From: Chiloscyllium plagiosum
Taxonomy: Eukaryota
Direction: 5' to 3'
Length of the DNA: 43,609 nucleotides
Assembly: GCF_004010195.1 (NCBI RefSeq)
Contig: NC_057753.1
Span: forward strand, 13,195,446 to 13,239,054
Position 1 is the stretch's first letter. Every line of letters starts with the position of its first letter. The position numbers and the translations under genes were made by a program. Positions 24,584-37,859 of this stretch are shown here, piece by piece. The notes below the pieces were generated by a model. That model saw nothing but the letters and a program-made list of their open reading frames with translations. It made no database searches and was not told the origin of the DNA.

Positions 24584-24613
24584 GTGATCAACAGCAACAT
24601 CTAATCATGGTCA

Positions 24614-25963
24614 TTAATGATGAACACGCTGATGTTTCCGCAGGCTGGATGCATAAGTAAATCTCTTCCCACACTCAGAACAAATGTATGGCTTCTCCCC
24701 TGTGTGACTGCGCTTGTGTCTAACAAGTTCAGATGATGTCTTGAAGCCAGTGCTGCAGTGAGAGCACCTAAACGGTCTCTCGTTACTGTGAGCACGTTGA
24801 TGACGGATCAAGTCCTCAGAACTTTTATACCACTTCCAACACTCTGGGCATTGAAAAGGTCTCTCATCAGTGTGAGCCCGCTGGTGTCTCAGCAGATGAG
24901 AGCTATCAATGAATCCCTTCCCACATTTGGTGCAAGTGAATGGCCTCTCCCCTGTGTGAATTCGCTTATGTTTCTGCAGGTCGGATGAGTCAGTGAACCC
25001 TTTCCCACACTCACAACATCTGAACGGCCTGTCCCCTGTGTGAAATCGCTGATGTTTCACCAGCTTGGCTGACTCCGAGAATGCCATCCCACACTCGGAA
25101 CATCTGAATGGCTTCTCCCCTGTGTGAAACCGCTGGTGTTTTGCCAATTTGGATGACTGAGTGAAGCCCTTCCCACACTCAGAGCAAGTGAATGGCCTCT
25201 CCCCAGTGTGAACTCGCTGATGTACAGTGAGTTCAAACGATCGCCTGAACTGAGACCCACAGTGAGAGCACCTGAACGGTTTCTCATCAGTGTGAAGAAT
25301 TTGATGGGAAATCAGTTCCCCGGACGTTTTACAGCATTTCCCGCAGTCTGTACACTTAAACGGTCTCTCCCCAGTGTGAACCTGCTGATGTGTCAGCAGT
25401 TGGGATGACCTAATGAAACCTTTCCCACACTCAGAACAGCGGAATGGCTTCTCCCCAGTGTGAACTCGCTGGTGCTTAGTGAGGTCAGTTCCCCGTTTGA
25501 ACCCAGTCCCACAGTCAGAGCATCTGAAGGGTCGCTCATTGGTGTGAACATATTGGTGGGACACCAGTTCCTCAGAGCTTCTATAGCACTGTCCACAGTC
25601 TGGACACTGAAACGGTTTCTCCTCAGAGTGAATCCGCTGGTGTCTCAGCAGCCTGAATGACTGAGTGAATCCCTTTCCACACTCTGGGCAGGTGAATGGT
25701 CTCTCTCCAGTGTGAATGCGCTGGTGTACAATGAGCTTAGATGAACACTTGAACCCTTTTCCGCAGTGAGAGCACCTGAATGGTCTTTCATCTGTGTGAA
25801 CACATTGATGGGATGTCAGTTCCCCTGAACTTTGATAGCTGTTCCCACAATCTGAGCACTTAAGCGGTCTCTCCTCAGTGTGAACGTGTTGATGGGATTT
25901 CAGGTCCCCAGGACTTTTACAGCAGGTCCCGCAATCCGAGCAGTTAAGTGGGCTCTCATCCAT
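24614..25963 (-). CDS. Tandem C2H2 zinc-finger protein, 16 fingers, no effector domain visible
   Basis: Uninterrupted ORF with 16 CxxC...HxxxH units and TGE[RK]PF linkers; first ATG in the ORF at 25963; exon acceptor at 26405-26406; minus-strand AATAAA at 23787-23792. Confidence 0.85.
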   Translation of the reverse strand: MDESPLNCSDCGTCCKSPGDLKSHQHVHTEERPLKCSDCGNSYQSSGELTSHQCVHTDERPFRCSHCGKGFKCSSKLIVHQRIHTGERPFTCPECGKGFTQSFRLLRHQRIHSEEKPFQCPDCGQCYRSSEELVSHQYVHTNERPFRCSDCGTGFKRGTDLTKHQRVHTGEKPFRCSECGKGFIRSSQLLTHQQVHTGERPFKCTDCGKCCKTSGELISHQILHTDEKPFRCSHCGSQFRRSFELTVHQRVHTGERPFTCSECGKGFTQSSKLAKHQRFHTGEKPFRCSECGMAFSESAKLVKHQRFHTGDRPFRCCECGKGFTDSSDLQKHKRIHTGERPFTCTKCGKGFIDSSHLLRHQRAHTDERPFQCPECWKWYKSSEDLIRHQRAHSNERPFRCSHCSTGFKTSSELVRHKRSHTGEKPYICSECGKRFTYASSLRKHQRVHH

Positions 25964-26404
<441 letters not shown>

Positions 26405-27090
26405 CTGTGAAAGTGATTTAAAACAGAAAAAGAAAAGGAGAGAGAGATAACCAGGACAATTAGTGACCATGAAAGCTTCTCAATTGACAGAAAAACCAAA
26501 GTAGTTCACGAAAGTCCTTCAGGACACAAACAAGGCTGTCCCATTCATGGAAGCAGATAAAGTCAGTGGGACAGGCAGGGAGTATGAGACAGATTTTATA
26601 AATCTATGAACCAAGCAGAGGAATAGAATCTCCCAAACCCTCAGCCTCCACCAGCAAGAAGAACCAGAATAGCAGGTGGATGTGAACACCATTACCTCCC
26701 AGTCACACACCATCTGATATCTAGTACTGGGTGAACAGAAAGATCTCCCTTTGCGATATGAGGACGGCTGAAGTCATTGTCTTCTCTCCCTGTTACAATC
26801 TGTGCTCCCTCACCACCAACTCTATCCCTCTCGCTGGTAAACTCTCAGGCTGAGCCAGACAGTTCACTATGTGGTGATAGATTTTACCCCAAGATGAGCT
26901 TCCAACAACACATCCTGATTAATCAACCCTTATTCCGAGCTCAGTAACATCATTCCACCCCACCCTCATCATAGGGACATAGAGTCCTACAGCACAGAGA
27001 CAGACCCTTTGGCCCAAACTGATCCATGCCAAACAAAATGTCCATCCACACTAACCCCATTTCCCTGCACTTGGCCCATATCCTTCTAAG

Positions 27091-27232
27091 GGTAAAAACA
27101 ATGACTGCAGATGCTGGAAACCAGATTCTGGATTGGTAGTGCTGGAAGAGCACAGCAGTTCAGGCAGCATCCAAGGAGCTTCAAAGATGCTGCCTGAACT
27201 GCTGTGCTCTTCCAGCACCACTAATCCAGAAT
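27091..27232. mobile_element. Palindromic mini Penelope-like insertion with 15-bp TSD
   Basis: TSD CCATATCCTTCTAAG at 27076-27090 and 27233-27247; ~48-bp arms around a 14-nt loop. Confidence 0.85.
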
Positions 27233-28459
27233 CCATATCCTTCTAAGCCTTTCCTATGTATATATTTGCCCAAATGCCTTTTAAATGTTGTTAATGCACC
27301 AGCCTCAACCACTTCCCCTGGCAGCTCATTCCATATGCGTACCACTCTCTGTGAAAAAAAACTTGTCTCTCAGGTTCCTATTTATTCTTTCTCCTCTAAC
27401 CTTAAACTGATGCCTTCTAGTCCTCGATTCCCCAACCCTGATTGCATTCCCTGCATCCATGCCTCTCATTACCTAATACACTTCTATGAGGTCCCCGCCC
27501 AATCTCCTATAGTCTAAAGAAAAAGGTGCTAGCTTATCCAACCTCTCTCTCTAACTCAGACCACTGTGTCCAGGCAACATCATTGCAAACTTTTTCTGCA
27601 CCCTTTCCAGTTCAATAAAATCCTTCCTCTAACAAGTGACCAAAACTAAACACAATACCTCAAGTCTGGCCTCATCAATGTCCCGTACAACAGCAACATA
27701 ACTTCCCTACTTCTATATTCAAAACCCTAACTGATGAAGGCCAGTGTGCCAAAAGCCTCCTTCACTGCCCCGTCTACCTGCAACTCCACCTTCAGAGAAC
27801 TGTGAACTTGAACTCCAAGATCCCTTTTCTTCCTTAAGGCCCTACCGTTCACCATAAAACTTGCCTAAAAGGCAAGACCTCACGCTTATCCGTATTAAAC
27901 TCCGTTCGCCATTTCCTGGACTTCTTCCTCAGCTGATCGAGGTTCTGCTGCAATTTCTGATAACCTTTGTCAGTGTCCACGATACTGCCTATTTTAGGGT
28001 CATCTGCAAACTTACTAACCATGCCTTGTACATTCTCATCCAAATCATTGATATAGATAACAAACAGTAATGGGCCCAACCCGATCCCCGAGGACCTTCA
28101 CTAGTCACAACCCTCCAGTCCGACAAGCATTCTTCGATTATTACCCTCTGCTTCTTACCATCAAGGCAGTTTTGAATCCAATTTGCCAACTCGCCCTGGA
28201 TTCTATGCAATCCCTACTTTATCAAAGGCCTAACTGAAATCCATGTAGACTACATCCACTGTCCTATCCTTGTCAACCTTCCTGGTCACTTGATCAAAGA
28301 ACTCTTAACAAATTTGTGTAGGCATGATCTCTCACTCACAAAGCCATGCTGATTATTCCTAATCAAACCTTGTCTTTCCAAATGCATGTATATCTTATCT
28401 CTCAGAATCTTCTCAAGTAATTTATCCACAACAGATGTTACGCTTTCTGGTCTTTATAG

Positions 28460-29422
28460 TCAGGGCAAGGATACCCTGAGGCATGTTACATTGGCGAGAC
28501 CAAGCAGAGGCTCTGGCAACAGATGAATAGACACAGCACAACAATCAACAGACAGGAGTGTTCCCTCCCAGTTGGAGAACACTTCAGTGGTTCAGGACAT
28601 TCGACCTCAGACCTTCGGGTGACCGCCCTCCAACGTGGACTTCGGGACAGGCAACAATGAAAAGTGGCTGAGCAGAGGCTGATAGCAAAGTTCTGTACTC
28701 ATAGGGATGGCCTCAACCAAAACCTTAGGCTTATGTCACACTACAGGTAATCTCATTGCACTATACACACATACACACTCTGTTTCTCTCTCATATAGAT
28801 CCTCTCTCATATGCCCACACATACACACACTCTCTCACAGGCACTCACACCTCCACCTCCCCCACACACACATACACACACCCACATGCACATATACACA
28901 TAAAAGTTTGTGGGATGAATTTGTACTTGCAAAATTACATTTTACTTTGCTCAAAAACTGCATGAATCCAAGTAAAATTCTGTAATTCTGTTTTTTTAGA
29001 TTAGAATCAGTCTGACCATTGTGGCGCACACAGTCTCACACAGAGCAGATCATACTTTAAATGCATTATCTGGGCCGACATGACACCAATTGTTAAAGCT
29101 CACTTGAGAATGTAACTATTTTTAAAAAGTTTTGCAATTTACATATGAAAGAACTGAAACCAACATGGTCATTCTAAAAGATAAAATAGATGAGAGACTT
29201 ATAAACAATACAGGTCTTTTTAAGTATGTAATTTCAGTTACATCACACTGTAAACTTTTGGCTATAAATTCAGTGTCTTATGATCTTATACTCCACAACA
29301 ATCTGAGCAGGGAGCAGTGCTCCAAAAGCTAGTGCTTCCAAATAAACCTGTTGGACTATAACCTGGTGTTGTGTGATTTTTAACTTTGTACACCCCAGCC
29401 CAACACCGGCCTCTCCAAATCA
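28460..29422 (+). mobile_element. 5'-truncated Penelope-like element with GIY-YIG endonuclease C-terminus
   Basis: CYIGETKQRL...MNRH...LPVGEHFS...VAEQRLIAKFCTHRDGLN, then CA-rich 3' region and family end. Confidence 0.88.
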
Positions 29423-31254
29423 TGGTCTATAGTTCCTAGGCCTTTCTTTGCAGCCCTTCTTGAATAATGGCACAACATTTACTACTCTTTCGGAGCCTCA
29501 CCCATAGCCAGCAATGATGCAAAAATATCAGCCAGGGCCCTTGCAATTTCTTCTCCAGCCTTTTGCAGTGTTCTTGGATATATCTGGTCAGCACCACCTT
29601 CTGACATTCTAATACATCCAATACCTCCTCTATTTTGACATGGACTGTCCCCAAGATATCACCACTAGCTTCCCCAAGTTCCCAGGTCTTCATGTCTTTC
29701 TCCATGGTAAACATAGAGGAGAAATACTTGTTGAGAACCTTGCCCAGCTCCTGTGGTTCGACACATACATGTCCACTCTGGTCATTGAGGGGGCCCTATT
29801 CTCTCTCTAGTTATTGTTTTTTCTTTAATATATTTAAAGTACCTCTTTGGATTCACCCTAATCTTCTCAGCCAAGCTTATCTCATACCCCCTTCTCGCCC
29901 TCCTAATTTCTTTCTTCAGTAAGCTCTTGTATTCCCTGTATACCTCCAGAGATTCCCTTGATCCCAGCTGCCTGTACCTGAGCCACGCCTCCTTTTATTC
30001 CTGGTCGAAGCCGCAATATCACTTGTCATCCAGGGTTCCCTACTCCTGCCTACCCTTTACCCTCACAAGAACATGTAGACCTTGAACTCCAGCAATCTCA
30101 CTTTTTAATGGCTTGCCAGAGGTCCCTTTGCCTGCAAATAAACTACTCCAATCAACCCCTGCGAGCTTCCATCTAATTCCATCAAAATTCACCTTACCCC
30201 AATTTAGAACTTGAACCTGTGGATTGGTTTTATCCTTCCGCATAACTATTTTCAAATTAATAGAACTATGGTCACTGGTCCCAGACTGCTCCCGAACTGT
30301 GACTTCCGTCACCGGTTCTACCCTATTCTCCAAGTGTAGGTCGGGTTTTGCCCATTCCCAAATGGACTGCTTGAGGAAACTTTCTTGAATGCACTTAACA
30401 AATTCCACCCCATCTAAGCCCTTAAAACTCTGGCAGTCCCAAACTATGTTAGGAAAATTAAAACCCCTACTATGACAACTCTATTGCCCCTGCAAGTCTC
30501 CCCAATCTCCCTGCATATTTGTTCCTTGAAATCATGTTCAGTATTTGGGGCTAATAGTACAACCCCAATAACATCACCATCCCTTTCTTATCTCACAGCT
30601 CCACCCACAAAGCCTTCACTGAATGATCCTTCAGATATTTCATCTGATTACTTCTGTGATACTCAACTTAATCAAAAATGCAACTCCCCTTCTCCTCCTT
30701 CCACCACCTCTGTTCCACCTAGAGCACATGTACCCTGGCACATTAAGCTGCCAGTCCTGTCCCTCCCTTAGTCATGGTTCTGTAATGGCTATAATATCGC
30801 AGTCCCACGTACCTATCCACACCCTGAGTTCATTGGCCTTATCTGTCAGCCCTCTTGCATCGAAAGGAATGCAATCTAATCCAACAGGCATTACTTGCTC
30901 CCTATGAGTTCCAATCTGATCTGTCTCTTCAACTTACTATTTCTGTTAGTGTATCTCCTTCAAGCATCGCACTTGCCTGCCTGCTGTTGAGGATCCTGCC
31001 CCCCTGCCAATCTAGTTTAAACCCTTGCTCAACTCATCTGCTGCTAAAACTCGCATCCATGCCTTTGTTACCTCCAGACGTAAGTATCCCAATGTGTTCC
31101 TGGGGCCACCCACATCACCACGTCTCTCTAATCCTGAGGGTATACAAACCTCTTCTGCCAGTGTTCATGCACACCACCATCACCCCTGACCTCATTGGCT
31201 TACACCTTCTGAAACACTAAGATGCCGCTTTAACACTAACCTCTCCTTCAGCCC

Positions 31255-31425
31255 CATAACCCTCCCTCACTCTGTAAGCACCTGCAGCCTCTACACCCTT
31301 CCCTCTTCCTGTAAGCTCCCGTAGCCTCACAACCCTCCCTCTCTCTGTAAGCGCCTGCAGTCTCAGAGCCCACCCTCTCTGTCTGTCAGCTCCCGCAGCC
31401 TCACAACCCTCCCTCTCTCTAGAAG
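31255..31425. repeat. ~37-bp CT-rich minisatellite
   Basis: Four to five copies of ACCCTCCCTCTCTCTGTAAGCnCCTGCAGCCTC. Confidence 0.7.
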
Positions 31426-31454
31426 TTCTTCCAGCTCCACAAAGCTCCCGAAAA

Positions 31455-31672
31455 CAAAAACAATGCTGGAAAGCACAGTGGGTCAGGTAACATCCATGTA
31501 GAGGTGGAAAGCTAACGTTTTGAATCTAGATGACTTTCCATCAGAGCTGGTGAGGAGACATCGAGGCTGGAAACGTCAGTTTGCTCTCTCGCCATGGATG
31601 CTGCATGAACCTCAGTGCTTTCCAGTAACTGTTGTTTCCAGTATAGATCCCAAAATCTGCAGTTATTTGCTC
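31455..31672. mobile_element. Penelope-like inverted-end remnant
   Basis: CTGGAAAGCAC...CATCCATG versus CATGGATG...GTGCTTTCCAG. Confidence 0.55.
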
Positions 31673-32149
31673 CTGCAACATTCGCTCTCTCTGTAACCTC
31701 CTCCATCTCCTGCACTCCTCCCACTCCCAATCACCTCCTCCATCCCCTGCACTCCTTCCACTCTGTCACCTCCTCCATGCACATTCCTCTTTATAATCTC
31801 CTGCAGTCTGAAAATCCCCTGATGTAGCTTCAACTCGCGTTGGTTCTTAAACAAAGCATAGAGGCCACATAAGAAACTCTGCAGGTCTAGCAGTATCTGT
31901 GAACAGTGAAACAGTGTTAACGTCTAGAGTCTGGTCTGGCTCCACTTCAGAACTGAATCGTACCAGAATCAGAATGTTAACTCTAAATGTGGATTAGAAC
32001 AAGGTGAGTCACCATATTGCTGGTTATTATTGTCTCTATTGTCGGTACAAAACAGCAGCAAGACTAACATGTACAAGATGCAAGGGAGATTTTGATTCTA
32101 TTCACTGCCTTCACCAGTGACATATTCATGTCACCCTGGAATTTATTCA

Positions 32150-32520
32150 ATGTGTGATAGCGCATGCGCGTAGCCATCCCCCACCCCATTTGCCACGCGT
32201 AAAGATGTCCGCCCAAATGCCAACGGCCCCGCATAAACATGGCGGCCGCAGGTTTGGGCCTAAATCCCGGACAAAAGCAGGCGGCCGCCAAATTAGTGCA
32301 AACAAGGATGCGCATGCTCTTTTTCACGGCCCTAGACTGACAGTATTTGCTTATAAAGGCTTCCCTCTCGTTCCCCGGCTCCTTTTCTCCTCACTCACTC
32401 ACTCCGTGTATCTTATCCTCCGCTGCTCTCCCCGTGACGCCGACACCGACCTTGCCCAGACTAACACTGCGCATGCTCTAGGCCTCGCCCCATCAATGCG
32501 CCTGCGCAATTGTTCTCTGC
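32150..32520 (-). promoter_or_regulatory. CpG-island promoter and non-coding first exon, probably for the ZNF gene
   Basis: NRF1 GCGCATGCGC (32160-32169) plus variants at 32309, 32468 and 32497; YY1 AACATGGCGGC (32236-32246); minus-strand GTGAGT donor at 32402-32397. Confidence 0.65.
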
Positions 32521-33189
32521 AGTGAACTTAGAGCTCAGCCTGGATGTGGGGTGGAATAATCATTAAAAGCTTGTGTTCTGTGATTAACAAGTAGTTTTCA
32601 TGAACTAATTATGATTTCAGTTAAGAACTTAAAATCACCAGGATGTCTAGTACACCAGGATCTGCACCATGTTTCTATTTGTGAAATGTTCAACAGTAGA
32701 AAATGAACTAATAACAAACGTGAATTTTCTGGAATTTCAGCAGATGCTTTTTTTGAAACGGACGAGCATCAGATTTCGTACAGCTGTCGGTTTATGCGTT
32801 CACTTAAACTCTAGCAGACAAGATATATTTAAATTCCTTCCACTCTAACATTCAGAGCTGTTGATAATGATTCCATCTGGTTCAAACCAGCAACTTCATA
32901 TGTGATAAGCACGCCAGACGAGAAGCACTGCACCGAAAACGTTCACAGGTATTTTGCCAGAAGCTCAACCTGTGAATTAATACTATATTTCAAGAGATTT
33001 TTTTTTCATTGGCATTGACGAATATTGTGGATAGAGTCAAAAAGTGTGGTTCTGTAAAGGCACAGCCAGTCAGGCAGCATCCGAGAAGCAAAAGAGTCGA
33101 TGATTTGAGCATAAGTTCTCCACCAGGAATGTGGGCGGGGTGGTGGGCAAGGGGGCTGATGGAGGCCCAAGTTCCCAAGGGATCCTTCC

Positions 33190-33969
33190 ACATCCACCAG
33201 ACATTTTCCTGCACCTTGAAACACCGCATCTCAGTGCCAGCAAGGAACTCATTATTGACTTTCGGCGGGATGTTACTCATGCACCCTACACATTAACAGC
33301 ACAGAGGTGAAATGAGTGGAGAGTGTGAAGCTCCTGGGAATGGTCATCCACAACAAGCTTTCTTGGAATCTTCAATTAGACACACTGGTTACAAAGGCCC
33401 AACAACTTCTCTTCTTCCTCAAGCAGCTGAGGAAATTTGGCATGACAGCGAATAACCTTGCCAACTTTTATAGGTGCACCATCGAGAGCATTCTGTCTGG
33501 ATGTCTCACTGCCTAGTATGGCAACTGTACCATTCAAGATTGAAGACGGTTACAGAGAGTGGTGAACTCAGCCTGGACAATCACAAAGGCCAACCTCCCA
33601 TCTATAGAATCCATCTACCAGGCCCCCTGTTAAGGAAAGTCCCCAGTATTCTTAAAGATCCATCCCACCCTGGCAATGTTTTTCTACAACCTCTACCATC
33701 AGGGAGAAGGTACAGAAGCCTAACCTCTCACACCAGCCAGTTTTGTAACAGTTTCTACCCTACTGTTGTTAGAATACTGAATCTACTCACAAACTCTTAA
33801 TATTCACCTGTACCTGTGATTTTTGTCTTTGCTGCTGTTTACCCTATTATTTACTATCTATGCTACTTAACGATGTGATCTGCCTGTATTGCTTGTAAGA
33901 CAAAGGTTTTCGCTGTGCCTCGGTACACATGACAATAAATTCAATTCAATTCAATTCAATTCAATTCAA
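33190..33969 (+). mobile_element. Rex1/Babar-type LINE 3' fragment
   Basis: VESVKLLG...LSWN...KAQQLLFFLKQLRKF...FYRCTIESILSGC; AATAAA followed by (TTCAA)n tail. Confidence 0.85.
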
Positions 33970-34549
33970 AGGCTGTGCTGGAACTGACAATGACTGCAAC
34001 AAAACTATCAAAGATTCTGCAATGTTTACAATAAACAAACTATGTTACTGAGACAATAACCTCATCGCTGACCTATTATATTACAAAATGTATAAAAGTG
34101 TCTTGTCATGTGCTGTGGGTTGAGAGAAGACTCACAGTTGACTACAGTGCTGTTGGTGTCTTTCCCTCCCCGGAGCTCCGGTCTGTCATTGAACTCTGAC
34201 TCTGAGGCTGGTGATTTTCCCCACAACAGAGGTTATAAAATCATGAGGGGCATGGAGCAGGTGATTAGTGAACTTCATGATCCTAGGGCAACAGAGTTCA
34301 AAACTAGAGGATGTAGGTTGAAGGTGAGAGGGAAAGTGTTCAAAAGGACCTGAGAACTAAGTGAATTTTTCTGAACTTAGTGCAGGTGAATGATTTTTCA
34401 TGAATGATGCATCTGCATCCATTGCAGTTTAGAAGAATGGGAGGTGATTGGTCTCTTGGTCAGATGGATGCTGAAAGATATTTCCCTTTGTGGGAGAGAC
34501 TAGCCCAAGAGACATTATGAACTTTTCTGTCATTTGTGATCAGAAATCT

Positions 34550-35130
34550 ATCTCCCGATATGGTCTACTCTACATTGGGGAGACAGGATGCCTACTTGCA
34601 GAATGTTTCAGAGAACATCTCTGGGACATCCGCACCAACCAACCCCACTGCCTTGTGGCCGAACACTTCAACTCCCCCCTCACTCCGCCAAGGACATGTA
34701 GGTCCTAGGCCTCCTCCATCGCCACACCCTAACCACCCATATCTGGAGGAAGATCACATCATCTTCTGCTTAGCACCCTCCAATCACACAGCATCAATTT
34801 GGATTTCACCAATTTCCTCATTTCCCCTCCCCCCACCTCATCCCAGATCCAGACCAGCAACTCTGCACTACCCTCATGACCTGTCCTACCTGTCCATCCT
34901 CCTTCCCACCTATCCGCTCCACCCTCCTCTCCAAACTATCACCATTAACTCAACCTTCATCTACCTATCGTACTCTCAGCTGCCTTCCCCCACAGCCCCA
35001 TCCCCTCCCATTTATCTCTCGGACCCCTGGCCCACAAACCTGATTCCTGAAGAAGGGCTCTTGCCCAAAACGTCGATTCTCTTGCTCCTCGAATGCTGTC
35101 TGACCTGATGTCCTTTTCCAGCACCACGCT
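34550..35130 (+). mobile_element. Penelope-like element, GIY-YIG fragment plus terminal repeat with hammerhead-like motif
   Basis: GLLYIGETG...FREHL...VAEHFNS; CTGAAGAAGGGCTCTTGCCCAAAACGTC near 35047-35074. Confidence 0.85.
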
Positions 35131-35739
35131 TGGCAGAAATCCATCACCCTCTAGTGTCAATATTGTGAAAGATTGCACTTCCTCTCAGATATCCAGTTCT
35201 CTGGACTAAAAATGTTTGGTCTCTGACAGACGGTGTTGAACTTTTCATCAATTTCTGTTTTTGTTTCAGATCTTCAGCATCCGCACTTCTTTGTTTCATT
35301 TATTCTCCTACATCTGCCCCACCTCCACATCTGTGCTTAGCCTATTTAATCTCATTGCAAACCCTTTCTATCTTCCTTACTACCTGCTTTCCTACGTGTG
35401 GTTAGAGCCAAAAAAACTGCAGATGCTGGAATTCAAGGTAGACAAGCAGAAGGCTGGAAGAACACAGTGAGCCAGGCAGTATCAGAAGATGGAGAAGGCT
35501 TGCTGTTTTCCTTCTACCTTGGATTGCAGTTTTTTTTGTTCCTAACCAAGATCCTCCCTGTGGTAGCGTCAGTAAAATTGGCTACAGTAGAGAAAGTCCC
35601 TTTATTAAAATCCCTTTATTATTGTAAATCAAAAGCATTTGATCCATTGCAGTACATCAGACATGCAAGCAACCAGGGGAAATATTTTCCATGCAGTCAC
35701 CCTGTCTGTCCCTGCAAGTAATTTGTTGATTTCAATGAG

Positions 35740-36050
35740 CTCACCCTCTCAGAGACTGGGGCGGGAGAAGAAGGGAATAGATTTTGCAAATTGTCCTTCC
35801 CTCCCCTGCTCCCCGAGCTGGAGCTGCAAAGAGAGGTTGGGGGCGCGGGGGGCAAGGCATGAGAGAAACCGCTCGCTGTGGCTCCAGCTGGTTGCCATGG
35901 AAACCTTGGCTCCATGTGGGGGCGTGGCAATAACGGGTAGGGGCGGGGCAGCCGGGAATCCGTTGATGTCACTGCCGAGGCCAGCGATTCTTATTGGCTA
36001 TCATCAAACAGGGATCAAGCGTTCCAATCTGCTTGCGAGTAGGCGCACGT
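35740..36050. promoter_or_regulatory. GC-rich promoter with RFX X-box
   Basis: GTTGCCATGGAAAC (35891-35904), GGGGCGTGGC and GGGGCGGGGC boxes, ATTGG. Confidence 0.6.
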
Positions 36051-36404
36051 TGTTCATTTCATGTGGCACTGATGACTCACCAGTATCCCAGTCAATTGTG
36101 CTTGGAACTTTTCATTCTTTGAGTTAGAGTTAATATTAAAACAAAAGGTTTTTTTTTGCTTGAAATGTGTAAATAATTATTCTCCGAAAGAAACCTTTTT
36201 GCAATCCAGGAACCACCTGAACTGTTTAGCACTTTTGTTCTTATCCCTTTAAACCTGAGCTCAATTTGTCTTTGAATGCTTCAGGGAGAAATTCACATCA
36301 ATTTACATCTCAGAAAGATTATGCCACATCTGGTGGTTTTATGTGATGCTGCTCCAGCAGAGACAGAAGTGCTTACCGTTAATTTAGAGATTTGAGACAA
36401 AAAA

Positions 36405-36592
36405 AGTTGCATATGCTAGATACGAAGGGCTTATGCCCGAAACGTCGATTCTCCTGTTCCCTGGATGCTGCCTGACCCTGCTGCGCTTTTCCAGCAACAT
36501 ATTTTCAGCTAGATACGAAGGTCGACAAGCAGGAGGCTGGAAGAACACAGCAAGCCAGGCAGCATCAGGAGGGGGAAAAGTCAACGTTTCAG
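36405..36592. mobile_element. Nested Penelope-like ends
   Basis: Direct repeat GCTAGATACGAAGG (36415-36428, 36508-36521) flanks a PLE end inserted in an opposite-strand PLE end. Confidence 0.7.
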
Positions 36593-37199
36593 GTGGCAAG
36601 GTAACTTTCAAATTTTCTGTTTTCAGCTTAATGTTGAATGAGAACAAATCGTCTGAATAGTTAAGGCCAAGTGATGGAAAGGCGATGCTTTTTTTTAGTT
36701 TATATTGTCACCATGTTGTGATGTTTGATGTCTGTAGTTTTCTTCATGATTTCATAAAACGTTCCAGAAGTCGTGCTGGAGAATTACCTTTCAGATTACT
36801 CTGGAAGCCATCATCTGCTGCATTACAACAATTAAAAGCCATCTGGACAGGCACATGATTAGGAAGAGTTTAGAGGGATATGGGCCAAATGCTGGAAAAT
36901 GGGACGAAGTTAATTTAGGTTAATTTGGGCCGAAGGGTCTGTTTCTGTGCTGCATAACTCTGATCTATGCTGCATAACTGCTTAAAAAAAAACAGACGTT
37001 GACCAAGAGCCCAACGGGTGAGCATGTCCACGAGTACAACCAATGGTGTAAGAGCTAGAATCATATTCAGAGAGCCAGTGCAGATACAATAAACTGAATG
37101 GCCTTCTTCTGCACCATAACAGTTCTGTCATTCAGAAGTTCAGGTCTGAAACAATCTCTAGTAATGACGAGGTATTAAAGTTCAGTGATTACAATTTCA

Positions 37200-37382
37200 T
37201 CACTGATTCAGAATGTTGTGAGTTCAAACACCTCATCCAGAATCTTCACCATAAAATCTCGGCTGATATTCTGATGCAGGACTGAGGGAGCCCTGCACTG
37301 TCAGAGATCCTGTCATTTAAAGGCAACCTTTAAGACGTGGTCACATCTTCCCTCACAGGTGGACACAAAAGATCCCATGAAG
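37200..37382 (+). mobile_element. Deu-domain SINE fragment (SacSINE1/AmnSINE1-like)
   Basis: ACTGAGGGAG...TGCACTGTC...CAGGTGGACACAAAAGATCCCATG resembles the Deu core. Confidence 0.6.
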
Positions 37383-37859
37383 GCAGGTCTCAGATTTGCT
37401 GCTCAGTATACATCCTGAACAAAGTGAATGTCATGGCCAAGTTTCTGTTGTGAACTCTGTTTCTCTTCCCACAGATACTGCCTGACCTGCTGAGTATTTT
37501 GAACATCTTATTTCTCTTTGTGAGACTGTGTTGCCCACAATCTAGCCGCTCTATGTGCTATAACAGTGGCTACGCTTTGTAAGGATGTCAGTTGCATGAA
37601 GACACAGCAGATACAGGAAAGGCATTTTATAAATACAAGCCTTGCACGAACATTGAAGGAAAGGCCCTTAATCAAATCAGTAACGAGACATCTATCAGCC
37701 TCCTCTAATCTGAGAGAAATCAGGGACATACACTGAGTGTCTGATGTGACTGATACATAGATATGATAATTAAGTACCTTATGCATATCCACTGAAGTAA
37801 ATTCCATCTGTCAAAATGAACACGGTTCAGTTCTGGATGTAATAACAGCAGAATACAAT

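Larger units (their letters stand above)
26970..31022 (-). mobile_element. Degraded CR1 LINE (ORF1 esterase remnant, EN, RT) with nested PLE insertions
   Basis: GPLLFVIYINDLDENVQGMVSKFADD (RT); SDHSSINLKI (EN C-terminus); CR1 3'UTR near 26970. Confidence 0.88.
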
